35,945 bases of DNA, from contig JAEZVM010000257.1 in the NCBI GenBank assembly GCA_023420795.1, positions 1 through 35,945 on the forward strand. Reading direction: 5' to 3'. The position numbers were made by a program, and so were the translations under genes. Below are positions 18,658 to 30,945 of the stretch, piece after piece; position 1 is the stretch's first letter, and every line of letters starts with the position of its first letter. This DNA is from Pseudomonadota bacterium. GTDB taxonomy: Bacteria > Pseudomonadota > Gammaproteobacteria > Burkholderiales > Burkholderiaceae_D. The notes under the pieces are model-generated. The model ran no database searches, was not told the DNA's origin, and worked only from the letters and a program-made list of their open reading frames with translations.

Positions 18658-19890
18658 TTAAAAATTACCCAAAAACCACTCTTTCATGCGCTGCCACACC
18701 GCCTTCAACGAACCATCCTGTCGTGTGACGATATGGCCGCGCAGATACTGCTTCTTTGCTTCCAATAACAACCCCAACACCGTCGAATAACGCGGACTGC
18801 GCACCACATCGGCGAGCTGCCCGCTGTACTCCGGCACGCCAAGGCGCGCCGGTTTCAAAAAGATGTCTTCCGCCAGTTCCACCATGCCCGGCATCATCGA
18901 AGTACCTCCGGTCAGCACGATGCCCGACGACAGCACTTCCTCATAGCCGGACTCGCGCACCACCTGGTGTACCAGAGCGAACAATTCCTCGACACGCGGC
19001 TCGATCACCGCTGCCAGCGCCTGACGCGACAGCGTGCGCGAGCCACGGTCGCCAAGGCCCGGCACTTCCAGCGTCTCGCCCGGATCGGCCAGCACCTGCT
19101 TGGCCGCGCCGAAGCGCAGTTTGATCTCTTCCGCCTCGGCGGTCGGCGTGCGCAGCGCCATCGCAATGTCATTGGTGATCTGATCGCCAGCGATCGGGAT
19201 CACTGCGGTATGCCGGATTGCGCCTTCTGTGAAGATCGCCACGTCGGTGGTACCGCCACCGATGTCGATCAGCACCACGCCGAGTTCCTTTTCATCGGGT
19301 GTGAGCACCGAGTCGGCGGACGCCATCGGCTGCAGGATCAGGTCCGACACCTCCAGGCCGCAGCGGCGCACGCACTTGACGATGTTCTGCACCGCCGATA
19401 CCGCGCCGGTGACGATGTGCACTTTCACTTCGAGGCGGATGCCGCTCATGCCGATCGGCTCGCGCACGTCTTCCTGGTTATCGACGATGAATTCCTGCGG
19501 CACCGTGTGCAGCAGCTGCTGATCGGTCGGGATGTTGACCGCTTTCGCCGTCTCGATCACCCGCGCGACGTCGGTCGCCGTGACTTCCTTGTCCTTGATC
19601 GCCACCATGCCGCTCGAATTGAAGCTGCGGATATGGCTGCCGGCGATGCCGGTATAGACATTCTTGATCTTGCAGTCAGCCATCAGCTCGGCTTCTTCCA
19701 GCGCACGCTGGATCGATTCAACCGTCGCCTCGATGTTGACCACTACTCCCTTCTTTAGTCCCTTGGACTCATGCTGCCCGAGGCCGATGACCTCGTGTCT
19801 CCCGTTCGGCAGCACCTCGGCGACGACCGCCACCACCTTCGAGGTGCCGATGTCGAGGCCGACGATCAGGTTTTTCGCGTCTTTTGTCAT
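18658..19890 (-). CDS. ftsA: Cell division protein FtsA
   Basis: GLDIGTSKV, DIGGGTTD, VLTGG; C-terminal amphipathic helix WQRMKEWFLGNF. Confidence 0.99.
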   Translation of the reverse strand: MTKDAKNLIVGLDIGTSKVVAVVAEVLPNGRHEVIGLGQHESKGLKKGVVVNIEATVESIQRALEEAELMADCKIKNVYTGIAGSHIRSFNSSGMVAIKDKEVTATDVARVIETAKAVNIPTDQQLLHTVPQEFIVDNQEDVREPIGMSGIRLEVKVHIVTGAVSAVQNIVKCVRRCGLEVSDLILQPMASADSVLTPDEKELGVVLIDIGGGTTDVAIFTEGAIRHTAVIPIAGDQITNDIAMALRTPTAEAEEIKLRFGAAKQVLADPGETLEVPGLGDRGSRTLSRQALAAVIEPRVEELFALVHQVVRESGYEEVLSSGIVLTGGTSMMPGMVELAEDIFLKPARLGVPEYSGQLADVVRSPRYSTVLGLLLEAKKQYLRGHIVTRQDGSLKAVWQRMKEWFLGNF

Positions 19891-20669
19891 GTTTTCCCGC
19901 TTGCCTTTTTCTTTCCATCCATTCCGAAGGCCAGACCCTGCGCCTTCAGCGCCAGACCGTTCGGATACCGCATATCCACACTTTCAATCCTGTCCTGCAA
20001 GCGCGTCACCAACTGCGGATAAATCCCGACCAGCCGAGCGACCCGATCCTTCAACGTCACCTTGCCCTGCTCGCTGCCCAGCTCAACGGTCATGCCGTTG
20101 TTCAGCTTCACCGTCCATGCATAGCGGCCCGACAGCTGCACCGACTCGGGCGCGAGGCTAATCGGCGCAAACCATTCCTGCAACTGACGGTAGCGCAGCA
20201 CCACATCCTTCTCGCTGCCGTCCGGCCCGGAAAACACCGGCAGCGCGCCGTCCTCTTCCGCTTCCGCGAGGTTAGCGGTGAACACGTCGCCCTTGGCCGA
20301 CAGCAGGCGCCCGTCGTCGCCCCAAGTGCCCAGCGGCTTATGCTCCTCGATCGTCACGATCAGCTTGTTCGGCCACTCGCGCCGCACCGACGCCTTGCGC
20401 ACCCACGGCACAGCCTCGAATGCGACCCGTACTGCATCAAGGTTCGAGGTAAAGAAATTGCCCTTGATGCGAGGCAGCGCGGTGGTGCGCACCGTCGATG
20501 CGTTAACGTGCCGCAGTTGCGTTTCGTCGACAGCGTCGATGCGGATCACCTTCAGCGTAAACATCGGTTGCTGCGCCACCCACCACAGGCCGGACGCGAT
20601 CACGCCCAGTACCAGCAGGCCAAGCAGGGCGCTGGTGGTTGCATTGAGCATTCTGACGTCGTGCCACAT
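19887..20669 (-). CDS. ftsQ: Cell division protein FtsQ
   Basis: N-terminal TM, POTRA motif PWVRKASVRREWP, C-terminal DMRYPNGLA; position between ddl and ftsA. Confidence 0.96.
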   Translation of the reverse strand: MWHDVRMLNATTSALLGLLVLGVIASGLWWVAQQPMFTLKVIRIDAVDETQLRHVNASTVRTTALPRIKGNFFTSNLDAVRVAFEAVPWVRKASVRREWPNKLIVTIEEHKPLGTWGDDGRLLSAKGDVFTANLAEAEEDGALPVFSGPDGSEKDVVLRYRQLQEWFAPISLAPESVQLSGRYAWTVKLNNGMTVELGSEQGKVTLKDRVARLVGIYPQLVTRLQDRIESVDMRYPNGLALKAQGLAFGMDGKKKASGKT

Positions 20670-20697
20670 AGTCGTTATGTTTCGCCCTGTCTTCCGC

Positions 20698-21684
20698 TTA
20701 CTTCACTTTCCAGTCCTGCGTCGGCTTCAGATCCAGGTCGGCCGAGCGCAATATCTCCACGCACAAATCCTCGTAGCTCACGCCAGCCGCCTTCGCCGAC
20801 ATCGGCACCAGCGAATGGCCGGTCATGCCGGGCGATGTATTGATCTCCAGCAGGAACGGCTCGTTGTCGGAGGCGCGCAGCATGAAATCGACGCGAGCCC
20901 AGCCCGAGCATCCGACCGCATTGAAAGCGCGTACCGCGATTTCCTGAATCCGCTGCGCCAACGATGCATCCAGCGGCGCCGGGCAAAGGTATTTCGTGTC
21001 ATCGCTGAAGTACTTGTTCTGGTAGTCGTAATTGCCCTGCGGAGCACGGATTTCCACGATGGGCAGCGCGCGCGTGCTGCGCCCCGCTCCCAGCACCGGC
21101 ACCGTCAATTCGCGCCCGACGATGAATTCCTCCGCAAGCACCGCATCGTCATACTTCGCACACAAATCGAATCCACCCTGCACTTCCGCCGCCGACGTCA
21201 CCTTGGCGATGCCGATGGTCGAGCCTTCATGCGGCGCCTTCAGCATCAGCGGCAGGCCCAGATCATCCGGCAGCTTGCGCAGTTCCTCGGCGCTCGCCGC
21301 TTTCGAATCGAGCACCGCAAAGCACGGGGTCGGCAGGCCGTAGTTCAGCCAGATACGCTTGGTCATCACCTTGTCCATGCCGATGGCCGATGCCATCACG
21401 CCTGAACCGGTGTACGGAATACCGAGCTGTTCCAGCACGCCCTGCAGCGTGCCATCCTCGCCGTAGCGGCCATGCAGCGCAATGAACACGCGATCGAACT
21501 TTTCGGCGGCCAGTTCGGCCAGACTGCGCTCTGCCGGATCGAAGCCATGCGCATCGACGCCCTTGTCCTGCAAGGCCTTCAGCACGCCGGCTCCCGACAT
21601 CAGCGATACCTCGCGCTCGGCGGAACGACCGCCGAACAGCACGCCAACTTTTCCAAATTCCTTCTTCAAATCTTTGGTGCTCAT
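20698..21684 (-). CDS. ddl: D-alanine--D-alanine ligase
   Basis: [31 protein letters not shown] omega loop, [10 protein letters not shown]. Start at ATG 21684. Confidence 0.97.
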   Translation of the reverse strand: MSTKDLKKEFGKVGVLFGGRSAEREVSLMSGAGVLKALQDKGVDAHGFDPAERSLAELAAEKFDRVFIALHGRYGEDGTLQGVLEQLGIPYTGSGVMASAIGMDKVMTKRIWLNYGLPTPCFAVLDSKAASAEELRKLPDDLGLPLMLKAPHEGSTIGIAKVTSAAEVQGGFDLCAKYDDAVLAEEFIVGRELTVPVLGAGRSTRALPIVEIRAPQGNYDYQNKYFSDDTKYLCPAPLDASLAQRIQEIAVRAFNAVGCSGWARVDFMLRASDNEPFLLEINTSPGMTGHSLVPMSAKAAGVSYEDLCVEILRSADLDLKPTQDWKVK

Positions 21685-21699
21685 AATCAAACCTGCCTT

Positions 21700-23085
21700 T
21701 CAGCCTGCCTGGGCCAGCTTGCCCGGCACGCCGCTAATCGAACCGGCGCCCATGGTGATCACCACGTCGCCATCCTTTGCCATGCCCATGATGGTGGCCG
21801 GCATCTCATTGATGTCCTCGACGAAGATCGGTTCCACCTTGCCCAGCACGCGCAGCGCGTGCGAGAGCGCGCGTCCGTCTGCGGCGACGATAGGCTGCTC
21901 GCCGGCTGCGTAGACTTCCGCCAGCACCAGGGCATCGACGGTGGACAGCACCTTCACGAAATCCTCGAACAAATCGCGCGTACGGGTATAGCGGTGCGGC
22001 TGAAACGCCAGCACCAGCCTGCGCCCCGGAAACGCGCCACGTGCGGCAGCGAGCGTCGCCGCCGTCTCGACCGGGTGATGGCCGTAGTCGTCCACCAGCG
22101 TGAACGAACCTCCATCCGGCAAGGCGATCTCGCCATAACGGGTGAAGCGACGGCCGACGCCGTTGAATTCGCGCAGCGCCTTCTGGGTTGCGCAGTCATC
22201 GACGCCAAGCTCGCGGGCGATCGCGATCGCCGCGCAGGCGTTCTGCACGTTGTGCATGCCGGGCTGGTTGAGATGCACGGCCAGCGGCGGATAGCCATCC
22301 TGGATTACGGTAAATTCCATGTGGCTGTTTACCGCCTTCGCATCAATCGCGCGCACCTGCGCTTCTTCGCGGAAGCCATAGGTGACGATCGGCTTGGAGA
22401 TGAAGGGCATGATCTCGCGCACATTCGGATCATCGATGCACAGCATCGCCACGCCGTAGAACGGCAGCCGCTGCGTGAACTCGACGAAGGCCTGCTTCAG
22501 CTTGGCGAAGCTGTGGTCATAGGTATCCATGTGGTCAGCATCGATGTTCGTGATGACTTCGATGCATGGCGACAGGTTCAGGAACGAGGCATCCGACTCG
22601 TCGGCCTCGGCGACGATGAAGTCGCCGGCACCCAGCTTTGCATTGGCGCCCGCGCTGTTCAGGCGGCCGCCGATGACGAAGGTCGGGTCCAGCCCACCCT
22701 CGGCCAGCACGCTGGCGACCAGGCTGGTGGTGGTGGTCTTGCCGTGCGTGCCGGCGATCGCGATGCCCTGCTTCAGGCGCATCAGCTCGGCCAGCATGAT
22801 CGCGCGCGGCACGATCGGAATGCGTTTCGCGCGTGCGGCAAGCACTTCCGGATTGTCGCCCTTGACGGCGGTGGAGGTGACGACTGCATCCGCGCCTTCC
22901 ACGTTTTCCGCGGTATGCCCGAGCGTGACCTTCGCGCCGAGTTCGGCCAGCCGCTGCGTCGCCGCATTGCGACCGAGGTCGGAGCCGGACACGGTGTAGC
23001 CGAGATTCAACAGCACCTCGGCGATGCCGCTCATGCCGCTGCCGCCAATGCCGACGAAATGAATGTTCTTTACCTTATGTTTCAT
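21700..23085 (-). CDS. murC: UDP-N-acetylmuramate--L-alanine ligase
   Basis: [42 protein letters not shown]. Confidence 0.99.
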   Translation of the reverse strand: MKHKVKNIHFVGIGGSGMSGIAEVLLNLGYTVSGSDLGRNAATQRLAELGAKVTLGHTAENVEGADAVVTSTAVKGDNPEVLAARAKRIPIVPRAIMLAELMRLKQGIAIAGTHGKTTTTSLVASVLAEGGLDPTFVIGGRLNSAGANAKLGAGDFIVAEADESDASFLNLSPCIEVITNIDADHMDTYDHSFAKLKQAFVEFTQRLPFYGVAMLCIDDPNVREIMPFISKPIVTYGFREEAQVRAIDAKAVNSHMEFTVIQDGYPPLAVHLNQPGMHNVQNACAAIAIARELGVDDCATQKALREFNGVGRRFTRYGEIALPDGGSFTLVDDYGHHPVETAATLAAARGAFPGRRLVLAFQPHRYTRTRDLFEDFVKVLSTVDALVLAEVYAAGEQPIVAADGRALSHALRVLGKVEPIFVEDINEMPATIMGMAKDGDVVITMGAGSISGVPGKLAQAG

Positions 23086-24158
23086 GCTTTGTTTGTCAAT
23101 TCTTCCAATACGTTCGCGATCGCTTCATTCGCGTCGCGCCTCCCGATGCTGCGTGCCGCTTCGGCCATCGTTCTGCACTCGTCGCGCGTGAGCGACTGCA
23201 GCAGTTGCGCCAGCCGCTCCGGATTCAACTCCCCCTGCGGCAGATGCACTGCCGCTTTCTGCTTCGCCATCCACTGCGCGTTGTCCCGCTGGTGCGACGT
23301 CGTCGATGCCACCAGCGGCACCAGCACACTGGCGACACCGGCCGCAGTCAATTCCGACACGGTGATCGCGCCGGCGCGGCAGATCACCAGATCCGCTTCC
23401 GCATAGCGGCGCGGCATGTCGTCGATGAAATCCACTACCTCTGCCTGCACCTGTGCATTCGCATAGGCGGCGCGCAATGCGTCGATATGCTGCTTGCCCG
23501 ACTGATGCGTGACCACGGGGCGCACATCGGCCGGAATGCGCGCCAGCGCCGCAGGCAGCGTCTCGTTCAACACCTTCGCGCCGAGGCTGCCGCCCACCAC
23601 CAGCAGCCGCAGCGGACCGCTGCGGGCCGCGTAGCGCTGCGCCGGTGGCGGCACATCGATGATTTCCTTACGCACAGGATTGCCTGTCACCAGTGCCTTG
23701 CCTGCCGCATTGCCGAAATCTGCGGGGAAGCCAAACAGCACGCGCTGCGCGAGCGGCGCGAGCGTCTTGTTCGACAGCAGCAGCGCCGCATCCGCGTTCA
23801 CCAGCGCCAGCGGCACACCGCGCAGCTTCGCCATCATCCCGCCGGGCACTGTCACGTAACCGCCCATGCCAAGCACCACGTCCGGCTTGCGGCGGCCGAT
23901 GATGCTGAAGCAGGAAGCAAAGCCCGCTACCAGCTTGAAGGCGCCACGCGCGGTATGCATTAGCCCCTTGCCGCGCACGCCGGCGAAATCGATCGAATCC
24001 ATTTCGATGCCGTGTTTCGGCACGATGTCGCGCTCCATGCCATGCATGGTGCCGAGCCACGACACCTGCCAACCGCGCGCACGCATCGTCTGCGCGATCG
24101 CCAGCCCCGGGAAAATGTGTCCACCGGTGCCGGCCGCCATGATCAACAGGCGCTTCAT
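23082..24158 (-). CDS. murG: Lipid II GlcNAc transferase MurG
   Basis: [37 protein letters not shown]. Confidence 0.98.
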   Translation of the reverse strand: MKRLLIMAAGTGGHIFPGLAIAQTMRARGWQVSWLGTMHGMERDIVPKHGIEMDSIDFAGVRGKGLMHTARGAFKLVAGFASCFSIIGRRKPDVVLGMGGYVTVPGGMMAKLRGVPLALVNADAALLLSNKTLAPLAQRVLFGFPADFGNAAGKALVTGNPVRKEIIDVPPPAQRYAARSGPLRLLVVGGSLGAKVLNETLPAALARIPADVRPVVTHQSGKQHIDALRAAYANAQVQAEVVDFIDDMPRRYAEADLVICRAGAITVSELTAAGVASVLVPLVASTTSHQRDNAQWMAKQKAAVHLPQGELNPERLAQLLQSLTRDECRTMAEAARSIGRRDANEAIANVLEELTNKA

Positions 24159-25363
24159 ATCCGGCCTCCGCGCATGAGCACTCTATTTTCGTAATCGATC
24201 CTCAACAGGATCGCCAGCCCGACGCAGTTGATCAGCACGCCTGAGCCGCCATAACTCATCAATGGCAAGGTCAATCCCTTGGTCGGCAGCAGTCCGAGAT
24301 TCACGCCCATGTTGATGAATGCCTGCACGCCAATCCAGATGCCAATGCCTTTCGCGGCAAGGCCGGCAAAGGTCAGGTCCAGTGCGATCGCCTGACGGCC
24401 GATTTCGAACGAACGCTTGACGATCCAGTAAAACAGCGCAACGACCACCAGCACACCGGCAAAACCCAGTTCCTCGCCGATCACGGCGAGCAGGAAGTCG
24501 GTGTGCGCCTCCGGCAGGTAGTGCAGCTTTTCGACGCTGCCACCAAGGCCGACGCCGAACAGCTCACCACGCCCGAAGGCGATCAGCGAATGCGACAGCT
24601 GGTATGCCTTGCCCAGCGCATTGCTTTCTTCCCACGGATTCAGGTAAGCGAAGATGCGCTCGCGCCGCCACGGTGAAAGCAGGATCACCATGCTGAAGAT
24701 GCCTACCAGCGTCGCGCCGATCCCGCCGAACCAGATGCCGTTGATGCCGCCCAGGAAAAGGATGCCCATCGCAATGCAGACGATCACGCCGAACGCGCCG
24801 AGATCCGGCTCCAGCAGCAAGAGCAGGCCAACAAAGCCGATTGCAAAGGTCATCGGCATGAAGCCCTTGGTCAGCTTGTGCATCACTTCCTGCTTGCGCA
24901 CCGTGTAGTCGGCCGCATACAGGACGACGAACAACTTCATCAGTTCGGACGGCTGCAGGTTGAATACCTTGAACGACAGCCAGCGCCGCGCGCCATTGAC
25001 GCCCTTGCCGATACCGGGAATCAGCACCAGTACCAGCAGTACGAGCGTTGCGACGAACAGATACGGCGCCAGCCGTTGCCAGGTTTCGATACGCACTCGG
25101 AAGGCAAGCATGCCGGCGACCATCGCCGCACCGATGAACATCGCCTGCCTGAACAGGAAATGTGAGTTCTTGTAGCTCGCATACTTTGGCGAATCCGGCA
25201 ATGCGATCGATGCCGAGTACACCATCACCATTCCAAGCAGCATCAGCAGCACGACCACCCACACCAGCGGCTGGTCGTACTCCATCATCTTCGAGCGCTG
25301 CACAACGCCTGGCAGCGGCGCGCCCGAGGATGAAGTGCCGAAGGATGGCAGGGCAAATCTCAT
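24155..25363 (-). CDS. ftsW: SEDS peptidoglycan polymerase FtsW
   Basis: [38 protein letters not shown]; many TM segments. Confidence 0.98.
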   Translation of the reverse strand: MRFALPSFGTSSSGAPLPGVVQRSKMMEYDQPLVWVVVLLMLLGMVMVYSASIALPDSPKYASYKNSHFLFRQAMFIGAAMVAGMLAFRVRIETWQRLAPYLFVATLVLLVLVLIPGIGKGVNGARRWLSFKVFNLQPSELMKLFVVLYAADYTVRKQEVMHKLTKGFMPMTFAIGFVGLLLLLEPDLGAFGVIVCIAMGILFLGGINGIWFGGIGATLVGIFSMVILLSPWRRERIFAYLNPWEESNALGKAYQLSHSLIAFGRGELFGVGLGGSVEKLHYLPEAHTDFLLAVIGEELGFAGVLVVVALFYWIVKRSFEIGRQAIALDLTFAGLAAKGIGIWIGVQAFINMGVNLGLLPTKGLTLPLMSYGGSGVLINCVGLAILLRIDYENRVLMRGGRI

Positions 25364-26853
25364 GCGATCACCTCGCCGCGCGACAGTGCGAATTCACGTA
25401 CCGTGTCGATGAATATCTGCGCACGATGCGCATAATTCCGGAACATGTCGAGGCTTGCACATGCCGGGGACAGCAGCACACCGTCACCCGCCTGCGCCAG
25501 CTCCGCCGCCTTCTGCGTCGCGCTTTCCAGCGTCGTGCAATCGATCAGTTCAATGCCCGTCTGGTCCAGCGCGGCACGGATCGCCGGCGCGTCCTTGCCG
25601 ATCAACAGCACCGCGCGCACGTACTTCGCGACCGACTCGGCCAGCGGAGCAAAATCCTGTCCCTTGCCGTCGCCTCCGGCGATCAGCACCAGCCTGCTTG
25701 CACCGACCTGACTGGCACCAAGTCCGTTCAGCGCGGCAACGGTGGCGCCCACATTGGTGCCCTTGCTGTCGTCGTAGTAATCGACGCCGCCGACATTCGC
25801 GACCAGCTCGACGCGATGCGGCTCGCCGCGATATTCGCGCAGGCCGTGCAGCAGCGGCGCCAGCGGCAGGCCGATCGCGCGGCACAGCGCGAGCGCGGCC
25901 AGTGCATTGACGGCGTTGTGACGGCCGCGAATCTGCAGCGCATCGGCCGGCATCAGGCGTGTGATGGTTACCGGGAGCTCGATGTTGTCTTTCTTGCGGC
26001 GCGGTTTTTCATCGCCTTCGCCTGCGACAGCAACCGACAGCCAGTGCATGCCGTTGTCATCGACCAGGCCGAAGCAGTCCGGCCGGCCTGGCTCATCGGC
26101 ACCGAAGCTGATGTTGGTCGCCAGCGGCGCGGCCATCTGCATCACGCGCGCATCGTCACGGTTGAGCAGGCGTATCGTCTTGTCGCCGAAGATGCGTGCT
26201 TTGGCAGCCGCGTACGCATCCATGCTGCCATGCCAGTCGAGATGGTCCTGCGTCACGTTCAGCACGGTGGCGACATCGGCCTGCAGCGTATACGTGGTCT
26301 GCAACTGGAAGCTGGACAGCTCAAGCACCCACGCCTGCGGCAGATCGTCCGCATCAAGGACGGAGCGCAGTACGTCGAGCGCGGCCGGGCTGATGTTGCC
26401 GGCGATCTGCGTCTTCAGGCCGGCACGGCGGCACAGCAAGCCGGTCAGACTGGTAACCGTGGTCTTGCCATTGGTGCCGGTGATCGCAATCACCTTCGGC
26501 TCGTAGCTGCGGTCTTCGCGCAGCGCGGCCAGCGCCTGCGCGAACAGTTCGATTTCACCCCAGAGCGGGACGTTCTTTTCCTGCGCTGCCGGCAGGATCT
26601 CCGCCAGTTCGCGATCGGGCGCCAGTCCGGGACTGACGGCCACGAAATCGATACCGTCCAGGAGAGCAGCGGAGAACGGCCCACCGACGAACTCCGCTGC
26701 CGGCACCGCTTCGCGCAATGCAGGCAGACGCTCCGGCTCGGCGCGCGTGTCGGCCACGCGCAGCGTCGCGCCGCAGCGTGCCAGCCACAATGCCATCGCC
26801 AGGCCGGATTCACCCAGCCCGAGAACGAGAACGTGTTTGCCCTGGTAGCCCAT
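25360..26853 (-). CDS. murD: UDP-N-acetylmuramoyl-L-alanine--D-glutamate ligase
   Basis: [49 protein letters not shown] 26853 overlaps the mraY stop (TAATG). Confidence 0.98.
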   Translation of the reverse strand: MGYQGKHVLVLGLGESGLAMALWLARCGATLRVADTRAEPERLPALREAVPAAEFVGGPFSAALLDGIDFVAVSPGLAPDRELAEILPAAQEKNVPLWGEIELFAQALAALREDRSYEPKVIAITGTNGKTTVTSLTGLLCRRAGLKTQIAGNISPAALDVLRSVLDADDLPQAWVLELSSFQLQTTYTLQADVATVLNVTQDHLDWHGSMDAYAAAKARIFGDKTIRLLNRDDARVMQMAAPLATNISFGADEPGRPDCFGLVDDNGMHWLSVAVAGEGDEKPRRKKDNIELPVTITRLMPADALQIRGRHNAVNALAALALCRAIGLPLAPLLHGLREYRGEPHRVELVANVGGVDYYDDSKGTNVGATVAALNGLGASQVGASRLVLIAGGDGKGQDFAPLAESVAKYVRAVLLIGKDAPAIRAALDQTGIELIDCTTLESATQKAAELAQAGDGVLLSPACASLDMFRNYAHRAQIFIDTVREFALSRGEVIA

Positions 26854-28022
26854 TAGCGCAACTTCAAGGTTGAGAGTCCGAACAGCACCAGCATCATCGT
26901 GATGATCCAGAAACGCACGACGACCTTGGTTTCCTTCCATCCCTTCTGCTCGAAGTGATGGTGTAGCGGCGCCATCAACAGAATGCGGCGGCCGACGCCG
27001 AAACGCTTCTTCGTATATTTGAAGTAGCCGACCTGCAGCATCACCGACAGCGTCTCGACCACGAAGATGCCGCCCATGATGAACAGCACGATCTCCTGCC
27101 GTACGATCACCGCGATGGTGCCGAGCGCACCGCCCAGCGCCAGTGCGCCGACGTCACCCATGAACACCTGCGCCGGATGTGCGTTGAACCACAGGAAGGC
27201 CAGCCCCGCGCCCGCCATCGCGCCGCAGAAGATCAGCAGCTCGCCGGAGCCCGGGATGTACGGAATGAACAGATACTTCGCATACACTGCACTACCGGTC
27301 AGATAAGCGATCAGGCCAAGCGCAGAGCCGACCATCACTGTCGGCATGATCGCTAGGCCATCAAGTCCGTCGGTCAGGTTGACCGCATTGCTGGTGCCGA
27401 CGATGACGAAATAGGTCAGCGCGATGAAGCCCCAGACGCCGAGCGGATAGCTGAGGGTCTTGAAGAACGGGACGATCAGGTCGGCCTTCGGCGGCAGATC
27501 GAGGTTGAACCCGGACTGCACCCATTCGAGAAACAGGTTCCACACCTGCGTATTGGTTGGCGCCGATACCGAGAACGCGAGATAGATCGCCGCGACAATG
27601 CCGATCAGCGACTGCCAGAAGTACTTCTCCCTCGACGACATGCCTTCCGGGTTCTTGTACACCACCTTGCGATAGTCATCGACCCAGCCGATCGCGCCGT
27701 AGCCGAGCGTGACCACCAGCACCACCCAGATGAAGCGGTTGCTCCAGTCGGACCACAGCAGCGTCGAGATGCCGATGCCAAGAAGGATCAGCGCGCCGCC
27801 CATGGTCGGCGTGCCGGACTTGATCAGGTGCGTCTGCGGCCCGTCGGTGCGCACCGCCTGCCCCACCTTCAGGCGGGTCAGCATGCGTATCACCGCCGGC
27901 CCCGCGATCAAACCGATCGCCAGCGCGGTCAGCGTCGCGAACACCGCGCGGAAGGTGATGAAATTGAAGACCCGGAGCGGTCCGAGTTCTTGTTGGAAGT
28001 ATTGAGCCAGCCAAAGCAGCAT
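26853..28022 (-). CDS. mraY: Phospho-N-acetylmuramoyl-pentapeptide transferase
   Basis: [38 protein letters not shown]. Confidence 0.99.
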   Translation of the reverse strand: MLLWLAQYFQQELGPLRVFNFITFRAVFATLTALAIGLIAGPAVIRMLTRLKVGQAVRTDGPQTHLIKSGTPTMGGALILLGIGISTLLWSDWSNRFIWVVLVVTLGYGAIGWVDDYRKVVYKNPEGMSSREKYFWQSLIGIVAAIYLAFSVSAPTNTQVWNLFLEWVQSGFNLDLPPKADLIVPFFKTLSYPLGVWGFIALTYFVIVGTSNAVNLTDGLDGLAIMPTVMVGSALGLIAYLTGSAVYAKYLFIPYIPGSGELLIFCGAMAGAGLAFLWFNAHPAQVFMGDVGALALGGALGTIAVIVRQEIVLFIMGGIFVVETLSVMLQVGYFKYTKKRFGVGRRILLMAPLHHHFEQKGWKETKVVVRFWIITMMLVLFGLSTLKLR

Positions 28023-28042
28023 GTTTGCGGAATCCCTGTCCT

Positions 28043-29410
28043 TTATTGTGTTGGATTGACGAGGTGGCCGACCACGCGCTCCATCTTCATGAAACGCGAG
28101 CCTTTCACCAACGCCGTCGTGCCGGCGGAAACAAGTGCCTCGGCTGCCTGGTTGATCGAATCGATATCATCGAAGTGCTGCGCCCCCGCACCGAACGCGG
28201 CGGCTGCATGCCTTGCCAGTTCACCCAGCGTCAGCAGGCGTTCGATGCCGCGCTCGTGCGCATATGCGCCGATCTCGGTATGGAACTGCGGCCCTTCGTT
28301 ACCCACTTCGCCCATGTCGCCCAGCACCAGCACGCGCGGGGCGGCTGCGTGCGACAGCACGTCGATCGCCGCGCGCACCGAATCCGGATTGGCGTTGTAG
28401 GTATCGTCGATCACCATGGCTCCGCTCTTTGCGGTCTTGCGCTGCAGACGGCCGTTGACCGGCGCGAAGGCTTCGAGTCCGCGAATGATCGCGCCCTCCG
28501 GCACACCGATAGCCAGCGCGCAGGCAGTCGCCGCCAGCGCATTGCGCACGTTGTGCACGCCGGCCGCAGAGAGCTTCACCTGGAAATATTTCTCACCGGC
28601 AGTAATGGACAGGTCACTGCCGAAATCGTTCACCACATATGTGCAAGTCACATCGGCGTCATCAGACAAGCCGAAAGTCAGTGTCCTGCGCTGGTCCGCA
28701 AAGGAGCGCCACAATCCGGTATACGCATCGTCGGCCGGGAATACCGCAACGCCATCGGCGGGCAGCCCCTGAATCACGCTGCCGTTTTCCTTCGCGACGG
28801 CTTCCACGCTTTCCATGAATTCCTGGTGTTCCCGCTGAGCGTTGTTCACCAGGCCGACCGTCGGCTGCGCGATGGCCGTGATCGCCGCGATCTCGCCCGG
28901 ATGGTTCATCCCGAGCTCGATCACCGCCGCCTTGTACGATGCATTTATGCGGAACACCGTGAGCGGCACGCCGATGTCGTTGTTCAGGTTGCCACGCGTG
29001 GCCATGATGTCATCGGCGCCATACGCCGCTGCCAGGATGGACGCGATCATTTCTTTGACCGTCGTCTTGCCGTTGCTGCCGGTGACGCCAATGACCGGCA
29101 GAGAGAACTGGCGGCGCCAGTAAGCGGCGATCTCGCCCAGCGCGATGCGCGTGTCCGGCACCACTATCGCCGGCACGGTCAGCCCTTCTGGGACGCGCTC
29201 GACCACCACCGCGGCAACGCCCTTGGCCGCGACGTCGGCCAGATAGTCGTGCGCGTCGAAACGCTCGCCGCGCAGCGCGACGAACAGATTGCCGGCAGCG
29301 ACCTGGCGGCTGTCGGTGGAGACGCCGTCGAAGCTTGCATCTGCCGCGCGGTTGCCCGCCACGGCGGCACGCGAAATCCATGGCTGAATGTCAGCCAATG
29401 ATGATTTCAT
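28043..29410 (-). CDS. murF: UDP-MurNAc-tripeptide--D-Ala-D-Ala ligase
   Basis: [47 protein letters not shown] 29410 overlaps the murE stop (TGATG). Confidence 0.98.
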   Translation of the reverse strand: MKSSLADIQPWISRAAVAGNRAADASFDGVSTDSRQVAAGNLFVALRGERFDAHDYLADVAAKGVAAVVVERVPEGLTVPAIVVPDTRIALGEIAAYWRRQFSLPVIGVTGSNGKTTVKEMIASILAAAYGADDIMATRGNLNNDIGVPLTVFRINASYKAAVIELGMNHPGEIAAITAIAQPTVGLVNNAQREHQEFMESVEAVAKENGSVIQGLPADGVAVFPADDAYTGLWRSFADQRRTLTFGLSDDADVTCTYVVNDFGSDLSITAGEKYFQVKLSAAGVHNVRNALAATACALAIGVPEGAIIRGLEAFAPVNGRLQRKTAKSGAMVIDDTYNANPDSVRAAIDVLSHAAAPRVLVLGDMGEVGNEGPQFHTEIGAYAHERGIERLLTLGELARHAAAAFGAGAQHFDDIDSINQAAEALVSAGTTALVKGSRFMKMERVVGHLVNPTQ

Positions 29411-30945
29411 CAAATCATCCCCTTCATTGTTGCCCTTGCAGCCAGCGCAAGCGCGGCATGGTCTGCATCCAGAAACGGCAATTTCTTGCCTTTTATCTCC
29501 TGATACGATTCGTGCCCCTTCCCTGCAAGCAGAACCACATCGTTTTTTGCCGCATGCCGCACCGCCCACAGGATTGCGGAAGCGCGGTCTTCGATCGTGT
29601 GCAGCGCGTCCGGCGGCAGCTGCGCAGCATCGATGCCTTTGACGATCTGTTCCACAATCGCCGCCGGCTCCTCGCCGCGCGGATTGTCGCTGGTGACGAC
29701 AATGTGGTCGGCTTGCTGCGCGACTGCACCCATCTGCGGGCGCTTGCCCGGATCACGATCACCGCCGCAACCGAACACGCACCACAAGCGGCCACTGCGC
29801 TGCTGAGCCACCTGGCGCAGGGTCGCCAGCGTCTTTTCCAGCGCATCCGGCGTGTGCGCGTAATCAATCACGACCAGCGGCGCATCCTGCCCGCCAAGCT
29901 GCTCCATGCGCCCAGGCACCGCGGTCAGCGCCTCGGTTGCCTCGATTGCTGCCTTCAGGCTTACTCCCTTGGACAGAAGCACCCCCAGGATGCCGAGCAC
30001 GTTGCTGACATTGAACTCGCCCACGAGCTGTGTCTTCACCGTCATCGCGCCGAAAGGAGAATCGAAGCGGAACGCAGTGCCGCCCTGGCTGCTGCGGATA
30101 TCGGACGCACTCAAAACCGAAATATCCGACACCTTCTTGCCGGATACCGTATAGCCGACGACAGGCAACGATGGCCGCGTTTCCTGCAGATACCGTATCA
30201 GCCGCAAACCCATCTCGTCGTCGAGATTGATCACCGCGTGCTGCAGTCCCGGCCAGTCGAACAGCATCCGCTTGGCGGCTTCGTATGCCTCCATATCGCC
30301 GTGGTAATCGAGATGGTCGCGCGTGAAATTGGTAAAGAGCGCGACATCGAAATGCATCCCGTTGAGACGCCCCTGGTGCAGGCCGATCGACGATGCTTCG
30401 ATGGCAAGCGCCAGTGCTCCGGAACTGCGCAGTTGCGCAAGCTTGCGTTGCAGGAGTACCGCATCCGGTGTCGTGTAGCCGGTCGCGCTGAAGCCTGCGT
30501 GGCTGCCGCTGCGGAACTGCCCTACGCCGAGCGTGCCGATCACTGCAGTCGGCTGGCCGAGGCGCGACAGCGCCTTCCCCAGCCACTGGCTGCAGGAGGT
30601 CTTGCCATTGGTGCCCGTGACCGCCACGGTAAACATCGTTGCATCCGGCCGGCCGTAATAGGCGCTCGCAATCGGCCCGGCCAGTTCCTTCAGCCCAGAT
30701 ACCGGCAGATGCGGCAGCTTCCACTCGTCGTTCCAGCGGAAATCGGCGATCTCGTGCACGACTGCCTTGGCGCCGGCTTCAATAGCGTTTTCGATGTAAT
30801 CGCGGCCATCCGCCGCATCGCCCGGATAGGCAAAGAACACATCACCCAGGCCGATGCTGCGCGAGTCGGATGACAGTTGCGCCATTGGCGCGGTGGCATA
30901 CAGCCACTCAAGGATATCGTTCAGCGCGCGAGTCGCATTCATCAC
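29410..30945 (-). CDS. murE: UDP-MurNAc-dipeptide--meso-DAP ligase
   Basis: VTGTNGKTS, TTPD, DHLDYH, DYAHTPDA, DNPR (meso-DAP specificity), AGKGHE. Start GTG 30945 or ATG 30942. Confidence 0.98.
   Translation of the reverse strand: MMNATRALNDILEWLYATAPMAQLSSDSRSIGLGDVFFAYPGDAADGRDYIENAIEAGAKAVVHEIADFRWNDEWKLPHLPVSGLKELAGPIASAYYGRPDATMFTVAVTGTNGKTSCSQWLGKALSRLGQPTAVIGTLGVGQFRSGSHAGFSATGYTTPDAVLLQRKLAQLRSSGALALAIEASSIGLHQGRLNGMHFDVALFTNFTRDHLDYHGDMEAYEAAKRMLFDWPGLQHAVINLDDEMGLRLIRYLQETRPSLPVVGYTVSGKKVSDISVLSASDIRSSQGGTAFRFDSPFGAMTVKTQLVGEFNVSNVLGILGVLLSKGVSLKAAIEATEALTAVPGRMEQLGGQDAPLVVIDYAHTPDALEKTLATLRQVAQQRSGRLWCVFGCGGDRDPGKRPQMGAVAQQADHIVVTSDNPRGEEPAAIVEQIVKGIDAAQLPPDALHTIEDRASAILWAVRHAAKNDVVLLAGKGHESYQEIKGKKLPFLDADHAALALAARATMKGMI

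Noticed and set aside
21685..21699. Absence of murB between murC and ddl
   Set aside because: Normal for beta- and many gamma-proteobacterial dcw clusters.
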